Shown: positions 47,345 to 56,964 of the stretch, piece after piece
Layout of the letters: each line of letters begins with the position of its first letter
Position numbering within the stretch: the first letter of the stretch is position 1
Source of the DNA: Bacteroidales bacterium
Lineage (GTDB): Bacteria > Bacteroidota > Bacteroidia > Bacteroidales > UBA932
Length of the DNA: 64,000 nucleotides
Assembly: GCA_016288775.1 (NCBI GenBank)
Contig: JAEELG010000128.1
Coordinates: 8,442 to 72,441, forward strand
Reading direction: 5' to 3'
The notes under the pieces: generated by a model
What the model saw: only the letters and a program-made list of their open reading frames with translations
The model's database searches: none
What the model was told of the DNA's origin: nothing
Made by a program: the position numbers and the translations under genes

Positions 47345-49981
47345 ATGGAACTAAACGCTAAGTACAATCCCGCAGAAGTCGAGGATAAGTGGTATGCCTA
47401 TTGGCTGAAGAACAGATGTTTTCATTCGGAGCCCGATTCCAGGGAGCCGTATACTATAGTGATCCCGCCGCCCAACGTGACCGGCATCCTGCATATGGGT
47501 CACGTGCTCAACAATACCCTTAACGACGTGCTCATCCGCAAGGCCCGCATGGACGGAAAAAATGCCTGCTGGGTGCCCGGAACCGACCATGCCAGCATTG
47601 CCACCGAGAGCAAGGTGGTGGCGCGCCTGGCCGAGCGCGGCATCAAGAAGGACGACCTCACCCGCGAGGAATTTCTCAAGTATGCGTGGGAGTGGAAAGA
47701 GGAGCACGGCGGCATAATCCTGCAGCAGCTCCGCAAGCTGGGCGCCTCCTGCGACTGGGACCGTACCCGCTTCACAATGGAGCCCGCCCTCAGCGACGCC
47801 GTGTACGCCACCTTCGTGTATTTCTACAAGAAGGGGCTGATCTACCACGGCTACCGCATGGTCAACTGGGATCCCGTGGCCCATACCGCCATCTCCGACG
47901 ACGAGGTTATCCATAAGGATACAAAGAGTCACTTCTATCACCTCCGCTACTTCCTCTCCGACGGCAACGGCAATCCCACCAAGGACTTCCTGGTTATCGC
48001 CACCACCCGTCCGGAAACCATCATGGCCGACTCCGCCATATGCGTGAATCCCGCCGACGAACGCTACCACAAGCTGCGCGGCAAGAAGGTGCTCATCCCG
48101 CTGATCAACAGGGAGATACCCGTCATCGAAGACGACTACGTCGAAATGGACTTCGGTACCGGCTGCCTCAAGGTGACCCCGGCCCATGACGCCCACGACT
48201 ACGAAATCGGCCAGCGTCACGACCTGCCGATAATCGAAATCCTTGACGACGACGGCCGCCTGAACGAGAAGGCGCAGATCCTTGTGGGGCAGGACCGTTT
48301 CGAGGCCCGCAAGAACATCGTCAAGCTGCTTGAAGATGCCGGCAACCTCGTTAAGATTGAGGAGTACATCTCGCCCGTCGGTTACAGCGAGCGCACCGAC
48401 GCCGTCATAGAGCCCAAGCTCAGCAAGCAGTGGTTCCTCAAACTCGAGGACCTTGCAAAAGCAGCCTTGGACGCCGTTGAGTCCGGAAAGATCAAATTCA
48501 TCCCCGACAAATACCGCAACGTGTACCGCCACTGGATGGAGAACGCACACGACTGGTGTATCTCCCGCCAGCTCTGGTGGGGCCAGCGGATTCCCGCCTG
48601 GTATCTGCCCGACGGCAGCGTGGTGGTGGAAGAGACCGCCGAGAAGGCGCTGGAGGCGGCGAAGGCCATCGATCCGGCGCTGACGGCCGCCGACCTTAAG
48701 CAGGACGAAGACGTACTGGATACCTGGTTCAGCAGCTGGCTGTGGCCCATCAGCGTGTTCGATCCCGCCCGCCCCGGACATCCCGAGCACAAGCCCAACC
48801 GCGACCTTGCATATTACTATCCCACCAACGACCTGGTGACGGCCCCCGACATCATCTTCTTCTGGGTGGCCCGCATGATCATGGCCGGAGGCGAGTTCAT
48901 GGGCGACATTCCGTTCGGAAACGTGTATTTCACCGGTATCGTACGCGACAAGATAGGCCGCAAGATGTCCAAGACTCTCGGCAACAGCCCCGACCCCCTT
49001 GTCCTTATAGAGAAATACGGCGCCGATGCGGTGCGCTTGGGCATGCTGCTCTGCGCTTCCGCAGGCAACGACATCCTTTACGATGAGTCACAGGTTGAGC
49101 AGGGACGCAACTTCTGCGCAAAGATATGGAACAGCTGGCGCCTTGTCAGCGGCTGGCGCGTCGATGAGAACGGCCGCCAGAGCGAGTCGTCGCGCCTGGC
49201 TGTCAAATGGTTCGACAATCTGCTCTCACGCACCATAGAGGCGGTGGAGGACCACTATTCAAAGTTCCGCATCAACGACGCCCTGATGGCCGTTTACAGG
49301 CTTTTCTGGGACGATTACTGCAGCTGGTACCTGGAACTCGTCAAACCTGCATACGGAGAGGCGATAGACGGAATGACTTTCGAAGCCACCGTCGGTTTCT
49401 TCGACAAACTCCTCAAGCTCATTCATCCGGTGATGCCGTTCATCACCGAGGAGATCTGGCATGCAATGGCAGACCGCCGCAGCGGCGAGACCATCATGTT
49501 CGAGCGTACCCCGGTCGCAGGTCCTTACGACACTGCGTTCCTTGACTGTTTCGACCAGGCTCGCCAGATTATTGTCGGCGTACGCGGCGTCAGGGCACAG
49601 AAGAACATTCCTCCGAAGGAACCAGTGAAACTCTGCATCGAGGGCAAACTGCCCGAGGAACTTCTGTCCGTAATCCGCAAGGCCGGAGGCGTATCCGACT
49701 TTGTGAATTCCGTGGACGGCGCATGCACAGGCTTTATCGTCGGAACCATCAAGTGCAGCGTTCCGCTGGACGGCTTTGTCGATACCGAGGCCGAGAAGGC
49801 CAAGGTGATGGCAGAACTCGAGCATCAGCGCAAGTTCCTCGCCGGCGTACGTGCAAAGCTGGGCAACGAGAACTTCATCGCCCATGCTCCGCAGGCGGTC
49901 GTCGACGTTGAGCGCAAGAAGGAATCCGATGCTCTTGCCCGTATCGAAGCCCTCGAAGCATCCCTGAAATCATTGAACTAA
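47345..49981 (+). CDS. valS: Valyl-tRNA synthetase
   Basis: PPPNVTGILHMGH, DWCISRQLWWG, KMSKT, C-terminal coiled coil; ATG 47345 follows TATCTTTG (47331-47338). Confidence 0.98.
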   Translation: MELNAKYNPAEVEDKWYAYWLKNRCFHSEPDSREPYTIVIPPPNVTGILHMGHVLNNTLNDVLIRKARMDGKNACWVPGTDHASIATESKVVARLAERGIKKDDLTREEFLKYAWEWKEEHGGIILQQLRKLGASCDWDRTRFTMEPALSDAVYATFVYFYKKGLIYHGYRMVNWDPVAHTAISDDEVIHKDTKSHFYHLRYFLSDGNGNPTKDFLVIATTRPETIMADSAICVNPADERYHKLRGKKVLIPLINREIPVIEDDYVEMDFGTGCLKVTPAHDAHDYEIGQRHDLPIIEILDDDGRLNEKAQILVGQDRFEARKNIVKLLEDAGNLVKIEEYISPVGYSERTDAVIEPKLSKQWFLKLEDLAKAALDAVESGKIKFIPDKYRNVYRHWMENAHDWCISRQLWWGQRIPAWYLPDGSVVVEETAEKALEAAKAIDPALTAADLKQDEDVLDTWFSSWLWPISVFDPARPGHPEHKPNRDLAYYYPTNDLVTAPDIIFFWVARMIMAGGEFMGDIPFGNVYFTGIVRDKIGRKMSKTLGNSPDPLVLIEKYGADAVRLGMLLCASAGNDILYDESQVEQGRNFCAKIWNSWRLVSGWRVDENGRQSESSRLAVKWFDNLLSRTIEAVEDHYSKFRINDALMAVYRLFWDDYCSWYLELVKPAYGEAIDGMTFEATVGFFDKLLKLIHPVMPFITEEIWHAMADRRSGETIMFERTPVAGPYDTAFLDCFDQARQIIVGVRGVRAQKNIPPKEPVKLCIEGKLPEELLSVIRKAGGVSDFVNSVDGACTGFIVGTIKCSVPLDGFVDTEAEKAKVMAELEHQRKFLAGVRAKLGNENFIAHAPQAVVDVERKKESDALARIEALEASLKSLN

Positions 49982-49994
49982 AAGAGTATAGATT

Positions 49995-50213
49995 ATGTTA
50001 GCTTATCCACTTGGCGTAGTCGGCCCCTGGCAGATTGTCATCATCGCCCTCGTAATCCTTCTGTTGTTCGGCGGAAAGAAGATTCCCGAGCTGATGAAGG
50101 GCCTGGGCAAGGGCGTTAAGAGTTTCAAGGAGGGAGTCAACGAAATCGACGAGCAGATCAACGATTCCGTGGATGCCCCCAAGAAAGACGCTGCGAAGAA
50201 GCCTGAGGAATAG
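49995..50213 (+). CDS. tatA: Twin-arginine translocase TatA
   Basis: LLLFGGKKIPELMKGLGKGVKSFKEG. Confidence 0.95.
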   Translation: MLAYPLGVVGPWQIVIIALVILLLFGGKKIPELMKGLGKGVKSFKEGVNEIDEQINDSVDAPKKDAAKKPEE

Positions 50214-50215
50214 CC

Positions 50216-50977
50216 GTGGCTCATGGCGGCAAAGAGCGTGAGATGTCCTTCTGGGACCATCTCGAGGAATTGAGAGGAACCCTGTTCCGCTCGATTCTTG
50301 CTGTTTGCCTTCTGGCAGTACTGGGTTTCATTTTCAAGAAACCGCTGTTCACTGCCATCTTCCTGCCTGCGTCGCCCGATTTCTTTATCTATCGCCTTCT
50401 TGGATGGGATTTCTCCCTCGATATGATAAACGTGGAGATGGCAGCGCAGTTCATGGTGCATCTCCGCGCCGCTTTCGGGGTGGCGGTCGTGCTCGGGTTC
50501 CCGTACCTGATCTGGGAACTCTGGCGTTTTATCGCGCCCGCCCTGTACGACAAGGAGCGTAAAGCGGTAGGCGGAGCGTTCCTGATGGCTACCGGATTCT
50601 TTTACCTTGGTGTGGCCACCGGTTACGTTCTGGTGCTGCCTGCCTGCGTTCAGTTCTTCCTGAACTATTCCGTCAGCCCGGAGGTGACAAATGCCATAAC
50701 CATTGGGTCTTACATGTCGATGTTCACCTCTACGGTGCTGCTTGTCGGACTGTCTTTCGAATTCCCGACTGTAATCTGGGCGCTTTCCGGGCTCGGCATT
50801 CTGGACAGGAGCCAGCTCCGCAAGGGCAGGAAGTACGCGGTCGTGGCTGTGCTTGTGCTCGCCGCGCTCGTAACGCCCGCCGACCCTCTGTCCATGTTGA
50901 TAGTTGCGGCTCCGCTGTACCTCCTTTATGAGGTTTCCATCCTGATGTGCAGAAAGAAGGCCGATGATATCGATTGA
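50216..50977 (+). CDS. tatC: Twin-arginine translocase TatC
   Basis: MSFWDHLEELR, WRFIAPALY, FEFP, TPADP. Confidence 0.95.
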   Translation: MAHGGKEREMSFWDHLEELRGTLFRSILAVCLLAVLGFIFKKPLFTAIFLPASPDFFIYRLLGWDFSLDMINVEMAAQFMVHLRAAFGVAVVLGFPYLIWELWRFIAPALYDKERKAVGGAFLMATGFFYLGVATGYVLVLPACVQFFLNYSVSPEVTNAITIGSYMSMFTSTVLLVGLSFEFPTVIWALSGLGILDRSQLRKGRKYAVVAVLVLAALVTPADPLSMLIVAAPLYLLYEVSILMCRKKADDID

Positions 50978-52865
50978 CGACGTTACTGTTGCCTACGGAG
51001 GCTTCGTGCTGCTGGACAGAATCAATTTCCATATCAGCGGCTCCGACCGTATCGGTCTGGTAGGCCGCAACGGGGCAGGGAAGTCCACCATCATGAAGCT
51101 CATCATGGGCCTGCAGAGTCCTACCTCCGGCCATATCGACAAGCCGGCTGGGCTGACCATCGGATATCTGCCCCAGCTGATGGAGCACAACAAGGGGCGC
51201 ACGGTGCTCGAGGAGACCATGACGGTTTTCAGCGAAACCAGCGGAATTCAGGATGAAATCGATACCGTCACACGCGAGCTTGGCGAGCGCAGCGACTACG
51301 AATCGGAAGAATACGCGGCGCTGATCGAGCGCCTGAGTGAATTGAACGACCGTCTGGCGGTGTCGCACAGCGAACCTCCGGAGGTGCGCGCCCGCAAGAC
51401 CCTTTTGGGTCTGGGCTTCCGGGACGACGAACTCTCGCGCCTTACCGAAACCTTCAGCCAGGGTTGGAACATGCGCATGGAGCTTGCCAAGATCCTCCTC
51501 CGCCAGCCGGACCTGCTGATGCTCGACGAACCCACGAACCATCTTGACATCGAGTCCATCGAGTGGCTTGAGGAATACCTCAAAACCCGCCGTGGCGGCC
51601 TTCTGCTGGTGTCGCACGACCGCAAGTTCCTCGACAACGTTACCAACCGCACTGTAGAGATCATGCTAGGGCACATCCACGATTACAAGGTGCCTTATAC
51701 CAAGTATCTGGAGCTTCGCGCAGAGCGTATCGCCCAGCAGACTGCGGCCTACGAAAACCAGCAGCGGATAATCCAGAAGACCGAGGAATTCATCCAGGCC
51801 TTCCGTTACAAGCCCACCAAATCCAATCAGGTCCAGTCCCGTATCAAGGCCCTGGAGAAACTGGACAGGGTCGAGATCGACGAGACCGACAAGGTCCGCC
51901 TGACAGTCAAGTTCCCGCCTGCATCCCGCACGGGCGACGTTGTCTACAAGGCCGAAGGCCTGACCGCCGCGTATCCCCAGAAGACCGTTTTTACCGGTGC
52001 CGACATCGAAATCAAGCGTGGCGAGAAAGTTGCCCTGGTCGGCCGTAACGGCGAAGGCAAGACCACCCTTATGCGCATAATCGCGGGTGAACTGGATCCT
52101 GCCGCCGGAACGTCCGTTCTCGGTCACAACGTTGATCTTGGCTACTATGCCCAGAATCAGGAAGACAAGTTGGACAAGACCGATACCGTCTTCGAAACCC
52201 TCGACCGCGTAGCGGTGGGCGAAGTGCGTACCAAACTCCGCGACCTGCTTGCCCAGTTTCTCTTCCGCGGCGAAGACATCGACAAGCGCGTTGGCGTCCT
52301 TTCCGGAGGAGAGCGTGCCCGTCTCGGAATGGCGCGACTGATGCTGCAGAACCATAACGTGCTGGCTCTCGACGAGCCCACCAACCATATGGATATCAAG
52401 TCGAAGGACATACTCAAGCAGGCCCTTGCATCCTTCGATGGCACGCTGATTGTTGTAAGCCACGACAGGGATTTCCTCGACGGTCTTGTGGACAAGATTT
52501 ACGAATTCCGCGACGGGCATGTGCGCGAGCACCTCGGAGGTGTTTCGGACTTCCTCGCAAGGCGCCGGCTGGAGAACCTTCGGGAGCTGGAACGAAGCGC
52601 TGCCCCTGCAGCTGCCGTACAGGTCAAGAACGACAGCGTTTACAGGGAGCAGAAAGAAAAAAGCAAGCTTGACCGCAAGAAAAAGAATAGAATTTCTTAT
52701 CTTGAGTGCGAAATTGAAAAACTGGAATCCCGGATGGGCGAAATAGAGAGCGTTCTCTCGGCCCCCGGCGAGACCGACGACATAATGGAGCTCACCCGCG
52801 AGTACCTGGAGTGCAAGAGGGATCTGGATGCGAAGACCGACGAGTGGGGCTCCCTAATAGACTGA
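50964..52865 (+). CDS. ABC-F family ATPase
   Basis: Two NBDs (GRNGAGKST, GRNGEGKTT; DEPTNH twice), no TM domain, C-terminal coiled coil. Confidence 0.93.
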   Translation: MISIDDVTVAYGGFVLLDRINFHISGSDRIGLVGRNGAGKSTIMKLIMGLQSPTSGHIDKPAGLTIGYLPQLMEHNKGRTVLEETMTVFSETSGIQDEIDTVTRELGERSDYESEEYAALIERLSELNDRLAVSHSEPPEVRARKTLLGLGFRDDELSRLTETFSQGWNMRMELAKILLRQPDLLMLDEPTNHLDIESIEWLEEYLKTRRGGLLLVSHDRKFLDNVTNRTVEIMLGHIHDYKVPYTKYLELRAERIAQQTAAYENQQRIIQKTEEFIQAFRYKPTKSNQVQSRIKALEKLDRVEIDETDKVRLTVKFPPASRTGDVVYKAEGLTAAYPQKTVFTGADIEIKRGEKVALVGRNGEGKTTLMRIIAGELDPAAGTSVLGHNVDLGYYAQNQEDKLDKTDTVFETLDRVAVGEVRTKLRDLLAQFLFRGEDIDKRVGVLSGGERARLGMARLMLQNHNVLALDEPTNHMDIKSKDILKQALASFDGTLIVVSHDRDFLDGLVDKIYEFRDGHVREHLGGVSDFLARRRLENLRELERSAAPAAAVQVKNDSVYREQKEKSKLDRKKKNRISYLECEIEKLESRMGEIESVLSAPGETDDIMELTREYLECKRDLDAKTDEWGSLID

Positions 52866-52869
52866 CGAT

Positions 52870-53799
52870 ATGAAAAAGTTGTTTTTCACTCTGATGTGCG
52901 GCGTCCTGCTGTTCAATGCGGGAGCCGGAGCGGTGACGGGGCAGTACAGCCGTACTCTGTCCCCGTTCTCCGGGGTGGATATATCCGGCCCCTTCGAGGT
53001 CCGCATGGTTCGTGGTTCCGAATACCGCGCCCTCCTGTCGTATGAAGAGGCTTTCGACAATTATGTCATATGCGAGGTGAGGAACGGCATCCTCGTCCTT
53101 TCTCTCGACGAGCGCAAAGTGCCCGGGGAGGTGAAGCGGCAGTTCCGCGGCAAGGGCACTCCCGATCCCGTGTTCTCCGCCGTGATTTACGCTCCCGACC
53201 TGCTTCAGGCCGTGAACATGTCGGGCAAGTCGGTGCTTTACGATACGGAGGACATGTTCGACAAGGCCAAGGTGAATTTCGATCTCTCCGAGAATGCCGT
53301 GCTCAAGCACATGTCGGTAAGTACCCTGAGTTTCAAGGTGTCTTTGCGCGGCAAGGCATCCGCCGACTTTACGGTGGGCTGCCGGGAGTTTTCAGCCGAG
53401 ACCGCCAATTCCTCCGTGCTTAAGGTGGAGGAGAACTCGGAGGTGTCCAATTACTACCTGCAGGGCTCGTCCAGGGTAACTGCCAAGAGCCAGACTGGAG
53501 ATCTGAACGTGCATACCAAGTCCAACTGCACCATGACCGTTTCGGGTTCCGGCAACGCCGCCGCCTTCGAACTCAACGGCACTTCCGAGGTGGATGCTTT
53601 CGGCTTCGAAGTGCCCGACGCCACGGTGGCGATGACCAGCGTATGCAAGCTGGGCGAGTCAGCTTACCGCAGCCTGAAGGTCAACCTTAACGGCGGCGCG
53701 TCGCTTTACTTTGCCAATGAACCTTCGATTACCATAGACAGCATCAAGTCTTCCACCATGGCGCGTTCATCTTCCGCCCGCGGTGTGAGCAAATTGTAA
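52870..53799 (+). CDS. DUF2807/GIN beta-helix domain secreted protein
   Basis: Signal peptide; FSGVDISGPFEV, EVRNGILVL, repeated xSGxS strands. Confidence 0.75.
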   Translation: MKKLFFTLMCGVLLFNAGAGAVTGQYSRTLSPFSGVDISGPFEVRMVRGSEYRALLSYEEAFDNYVICEVRNGILVLSLDERKVPGEVKRQFRGKGTPDPVFSAVIYAPDLLQAVNMSGKSVLYDTEDMFDKAKVNFDLSENAVLKHMSVSTLSFKVSLRGKASADFTVGCREFSAETANSSVLKVEENSEVSNYYLQGSSRVTAKSQTGDLNVHTKSNCTMTVSGSGNAAAFELNGTSEVDAFGFEVPDATVAMTSVCKLGESAYRSLKVNLNGGASLYFANEPSITIDSIKSSTMARSSSARGVSKL

Positions 53800-53832
53800 T
53801 ATTCCTGTGTTTGAATTCTAACCTGATAGAAA

Positions 53833-54789
53833 ATGGATAACAACGTAATTCAATTGTTGGACAATCTGAACGTTACCTTGAATGCCGGCGGCATGAATAC
53901 CATCAACATCGTGCTCGCCTTCGTCATGTTCGGAGTCGCGCTTGGCATCAAGCCCCGCATGTTCGTGGAAGTGTTCCGCAAACCCAAGTCCGTGATACTT
54001 GGTATGTGCAGCCAGCTGATACTGCTGCCGCTGTTCACCTTCCTCCTTGCCATGTTGCTTGGCCAGAGCATCAGCTGGTCCATGGCGCTCGGAATGATCC
54101 TGGTCGCATCCTGCCCCGGAGGTAACATTTCCAATTTCATGTCCTCGCTCAGCAAGGCCAACGTGGAACTGTCTGTGAGCCTTACTGCCATCAGCACCGC
54201 CCTGTGCGTGCTTATGACACCCTTCAATTTCTGGCTGTATGGCAACCTGTATCTGAATTACGCAAGCATCAACGCAGATGTGCCCCAGCTGGTCATTCCT
54301 CTGTGGGACGTGTTCAAAACCATCTTCATCCTGCTTGGAATTCCCCTTACCCTTGGTATACTGACTTCTCAGTATCTGCCCAAGGTGGCCGAGAAGCTCA
54401 AGAAGCCCCTTCAGTGGCTCAGTATCATATTCTTCATCGCCATGGTGGTGCTGTCGTTCTGGAGCAACCGCGAGGCTTTCCTGAAGTGCGTCGAGTACAT
54501 CTTCCTTATTGTGCTTATACATAACCTGCTGGCACTTGCCATCGGTTTTTCGACTGCATCCGCATTCAGGCTGCCTCCTAAGGACAGGCGCACCCTTACC
54601 ATCGAGACCGGAATCCAGAACAGCGGCCTCGGACTTGCCCTGCTGCTCGGTACCAGCATCTTCTCCAACCTGCCTCCTCACGGCGGCATGCTTGTGATTA
54701 CCGCATGGTGGGGAGTCTGGCATATAGTCAGCGGTCTTACCGTCAGCAGCCTCTTCCTCCTTCATGACAAGAGAAAAGAAGGGAAGTGA
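53833..54789 (+). CDS. Bile acid:sodium symporter (BASS/SBF) family transporter
   Basis: MFGVALG, CPGGNISN, ANVELSVSLT, IETGIQNSGL. Confidence 0.93.
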   Translation: MDNNVIQLLDNLNVTLNAGGMNTINIVLAFVMFGVALGIKPRMFVEVFRKPKSVILGMCSQLILLPLFTFLLAMLLGQSISWSMALGMILVASCPGGNISNFMSSLSKANVELSVSLTAISTALCVLMTPFNFWLYGNLYLNYASINADVPQLVIPLWDVFKTIFILLGIPLTLGILTSQYLPKVAEKLKKPLQWLSIIFFIAMVVLSFWSNREAFLKCVEYIFLIVLIHNLLALAIGFSTASAFRLPPKDRRTLTIETGIQNSGLGLALLLGTSIFSNLPPHGGMLVITAWWGVWHIVSGLTVSSLFLLHDKRKEGK

Positions 54790-56957
54790 TGAAGCGTTTC
54801 CTGCTGCTGTTGCTTCCCCTGTTGCTGTTTGCCTGCCAGCCCACCCCCGTTGAGCCCGACGACGACCCCGTGGTCAATCCGGAACCTGAGCCGGAGCCCC
54901 AGCCTCAACCCCAGCCTGCCGAAGTAAAGCCGGTGCCGCTGTCTTTTGTGGAAGCGGGCAAATACGACATAAACATGACGTATGAGGCGGAGTCAGGCGA
55001 ATACCGTCTGGTTACCACAGGTACCGATCCCTACATTTTCACCTCCGGCCTTCCGGTATCCCTGGAAGAGACGCACCGCATACTGTCGTTCGAATACCAG
55101 TGCAGCTCGGGCATCAATGACCTGCAGGTGTTTTACGGCCGGAGCATAACAGAACAGCGCTCGCGTCACTTCGGCGCCATTCCCGCTTCGCAGTCATGGA
55201 CCGAGTTCGCCTGCAGCATTGCGGCAGACAGGGTAACCCACAACTGGGGTTTCAGCGGAGAGAACCTGCGGCTTGACTTCGGCAGCAAGAAGAACGTCAC
55301 CATCATGATCCGTAACCTGCAGGTGCGCGAGATGAACGAGGCGGAACTGCAGGCATATCAGGAAGAGCAGAACAAGGCCCTGGGCAAGGAAGCCGAAGCC
55401 GCTCGAATAGGTGTGTACCTGACAAAGAGCTATCCGTGCAGCATTACGAGTTTTGTCGTCGGGACCAATACGATTACCGTCAAGGCCCATACCGACGGCA
55501 AAGGGGCCTATTTCTTTGCTGATATAGCCCCCTGGGAAAGCATTACCGAGATGACCAAGTTCAGCCTGACCGGAGGCGGTGAAGGCTCGACTGAGATGTC
55601 GGCGACCATCGACCGGTTCGTCTCTCGCGACGGCCTTCCTGCGTATGACCGCCTGCTTTCCCGCTACGCTGTGATAAAAGTGGAAGGCGACAAGCAGACG
55701 CTGTGCTCGCATGCACGCTATGCAGATGAGATACCCTCCGGATTCTCGCAGCCTGTAGTGCCCAAGTCAAAGAAAGGAATCGGCGATTTCAGCAACGTTA
55801 AAATGAAGATCAGCGACCTTGACGACCTGGGGCTGGGCAGCGTTACGGTGAATATAGTGCTGAACTCCATCGTCAATACCGTCAAGACGGGCAACTATAC
55901 GATCGAGCACAAGTACGGTGGCCTGATGTATTACATGGACAAGGGAAACGTCTCTACGCTTGACAAGGTATTGGCGGAATGTTACAAACGGGACATCGTG
56001 GTCTCGGCCATCATACTTAACAGGCATACGGACACTGCGTCATCCGCTACCTCCCTCATGAAGCATCCCGAGAATGACGGAGGCAACTACAGCATGCCGA
56101 ATCTAACCGCGGCCAAGGCGGTAAACGTTTACGCCGCAGTGCTGGACTTCCTGGCTGGGCGCTATTCCACCAGTACTTATGGCCGCATCCATCACTGGAT
56201 CATGCACAACGAAGTCGACGCCGCCAAGGAGTGGACCAACATGGGAGACCAGCCGGAGTGGCGTTACATGGACACTTATGTTAAGTCCATGCGCATTTGC
56301 CACAATATCGTTCACCAGTACTTTTCGAATGCATCCGTGCTGATTTCCCTGACCCACAGCTGGGCCAGGGCGGAAAACCAGTACGCTTGCAGAAGTCTCC
56401 TTGAAGACCTCTGCAAGTTCAGCGCGGCCGAAGGCGATTTCATGTGGGGCGTCGCCCATCATCCTTATCCTCAAAGTCTTATGAAGCCGGAGTTCTGGAG
56501 GGACGACACTTCCGCAACCTATTCGGCGGATTCTCCTTACTGTACCTTCAGGAACCTCGAGGTTATCAGCAACTGGATGCTTGACAAGGCTCATTATTAC
56601 AAGGGCACGCAGAAGCGTATCCTGTTCCTCTCCGAGAACGGCACAAACTCTCCTTCGTACAGCAACGACGACCTTGCAAGGCAGGCGGCTGGCGCTGCCT
56701 GGGCCTGGAAGAAGGTCAACAAATTGGAGGGCATCGATGCCATGCAGTGGCACAACTGGAGGGATAACCGTGCCGAGGGCGGCCTGCGCATCGGCCTGCG
56801 TCGTTTTTCGGACGATGCCGAGGATCCGAGCGGAAAGAAGCCCTCATGGTACGTCTGGCAGGCCGCCGGAGGTTCGAATGAGAGCACTGTGTTCGACCAG
56901 TACCTTTCGGTAATCGGCGTCAGTTCCTGGAACGGAATATTCGGGACGGTGCAGTAG
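54786..56957 (+). CDS. DUF5722-like lipoprotein, putative glycoside-hydrolase TIM barrel
   Basis: Lipobox LFAC, PEPEPQPQP linker, SKKG, HWIMHNEVD, HHPYPQ, LSENG. Confidence 0.75.
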   Translation: MMKRFLLLLLPLLLFACQPTPVEPDDDPVVNPEPEPEPQPQPQPAEVKPVPLSFVEAGKYDINMTYEAESGEYRLVTTGTDPYIFTSGLPVSLEETHRILSFEYQCSSGINDLQVFYGRSITEQRSRHFGAIPASQSWTEFACSIAADRVTHNWGFSGENLRLDFGSKKNVTIMIRNLQVREMNEAELQAYQEEQNKALGKEAEAARIGVYLTKSYPCSITSFVVGTNTITVKAHTDGKGAYFFADIAPWESITEMTKFSLTGGGEGSTEMSATIDRFVSRDGLPAYDRLLSRYAVIKVEGDKQTLCSHARYADEIPSGFSQPVVPKSKKGIGDFSNVKMKISDLDDLGLGSVTVNIVLNSIVNTVKTGNYTIEHKYGGLMYYMDKGNVSTLDKVLAECYKRDIVVSAIILNRHTDTASSATSLMKHPENDGGNYSMPNLTAAKAVNVYAAVLDFLAGRYSTSTYGRIHHWIMHNEVDAAKEWTNMGDQPEWRYMDTYVKSMRICHNIVHQYFSNASVLISLTHSWARAENQYACRSLLEDLCKFSAAEGDFMWGVAHHPYPQSLMKPEFWRDDTSATYSADSPYCTFRNLEVISNWMLDKAHYYKGTQKRILFLSENGTNSPSYSNDDLARQAAGAAWAWKKVNKLEGIDAMQWHNWRDNRAEGGLRIGLRRFSDDAEDPSGKKPSWYVWQAAGGSNESTVFDQYLSVIGVSSWNGIFGTVQ

Positions 56958-56964
56958 GACCGGA

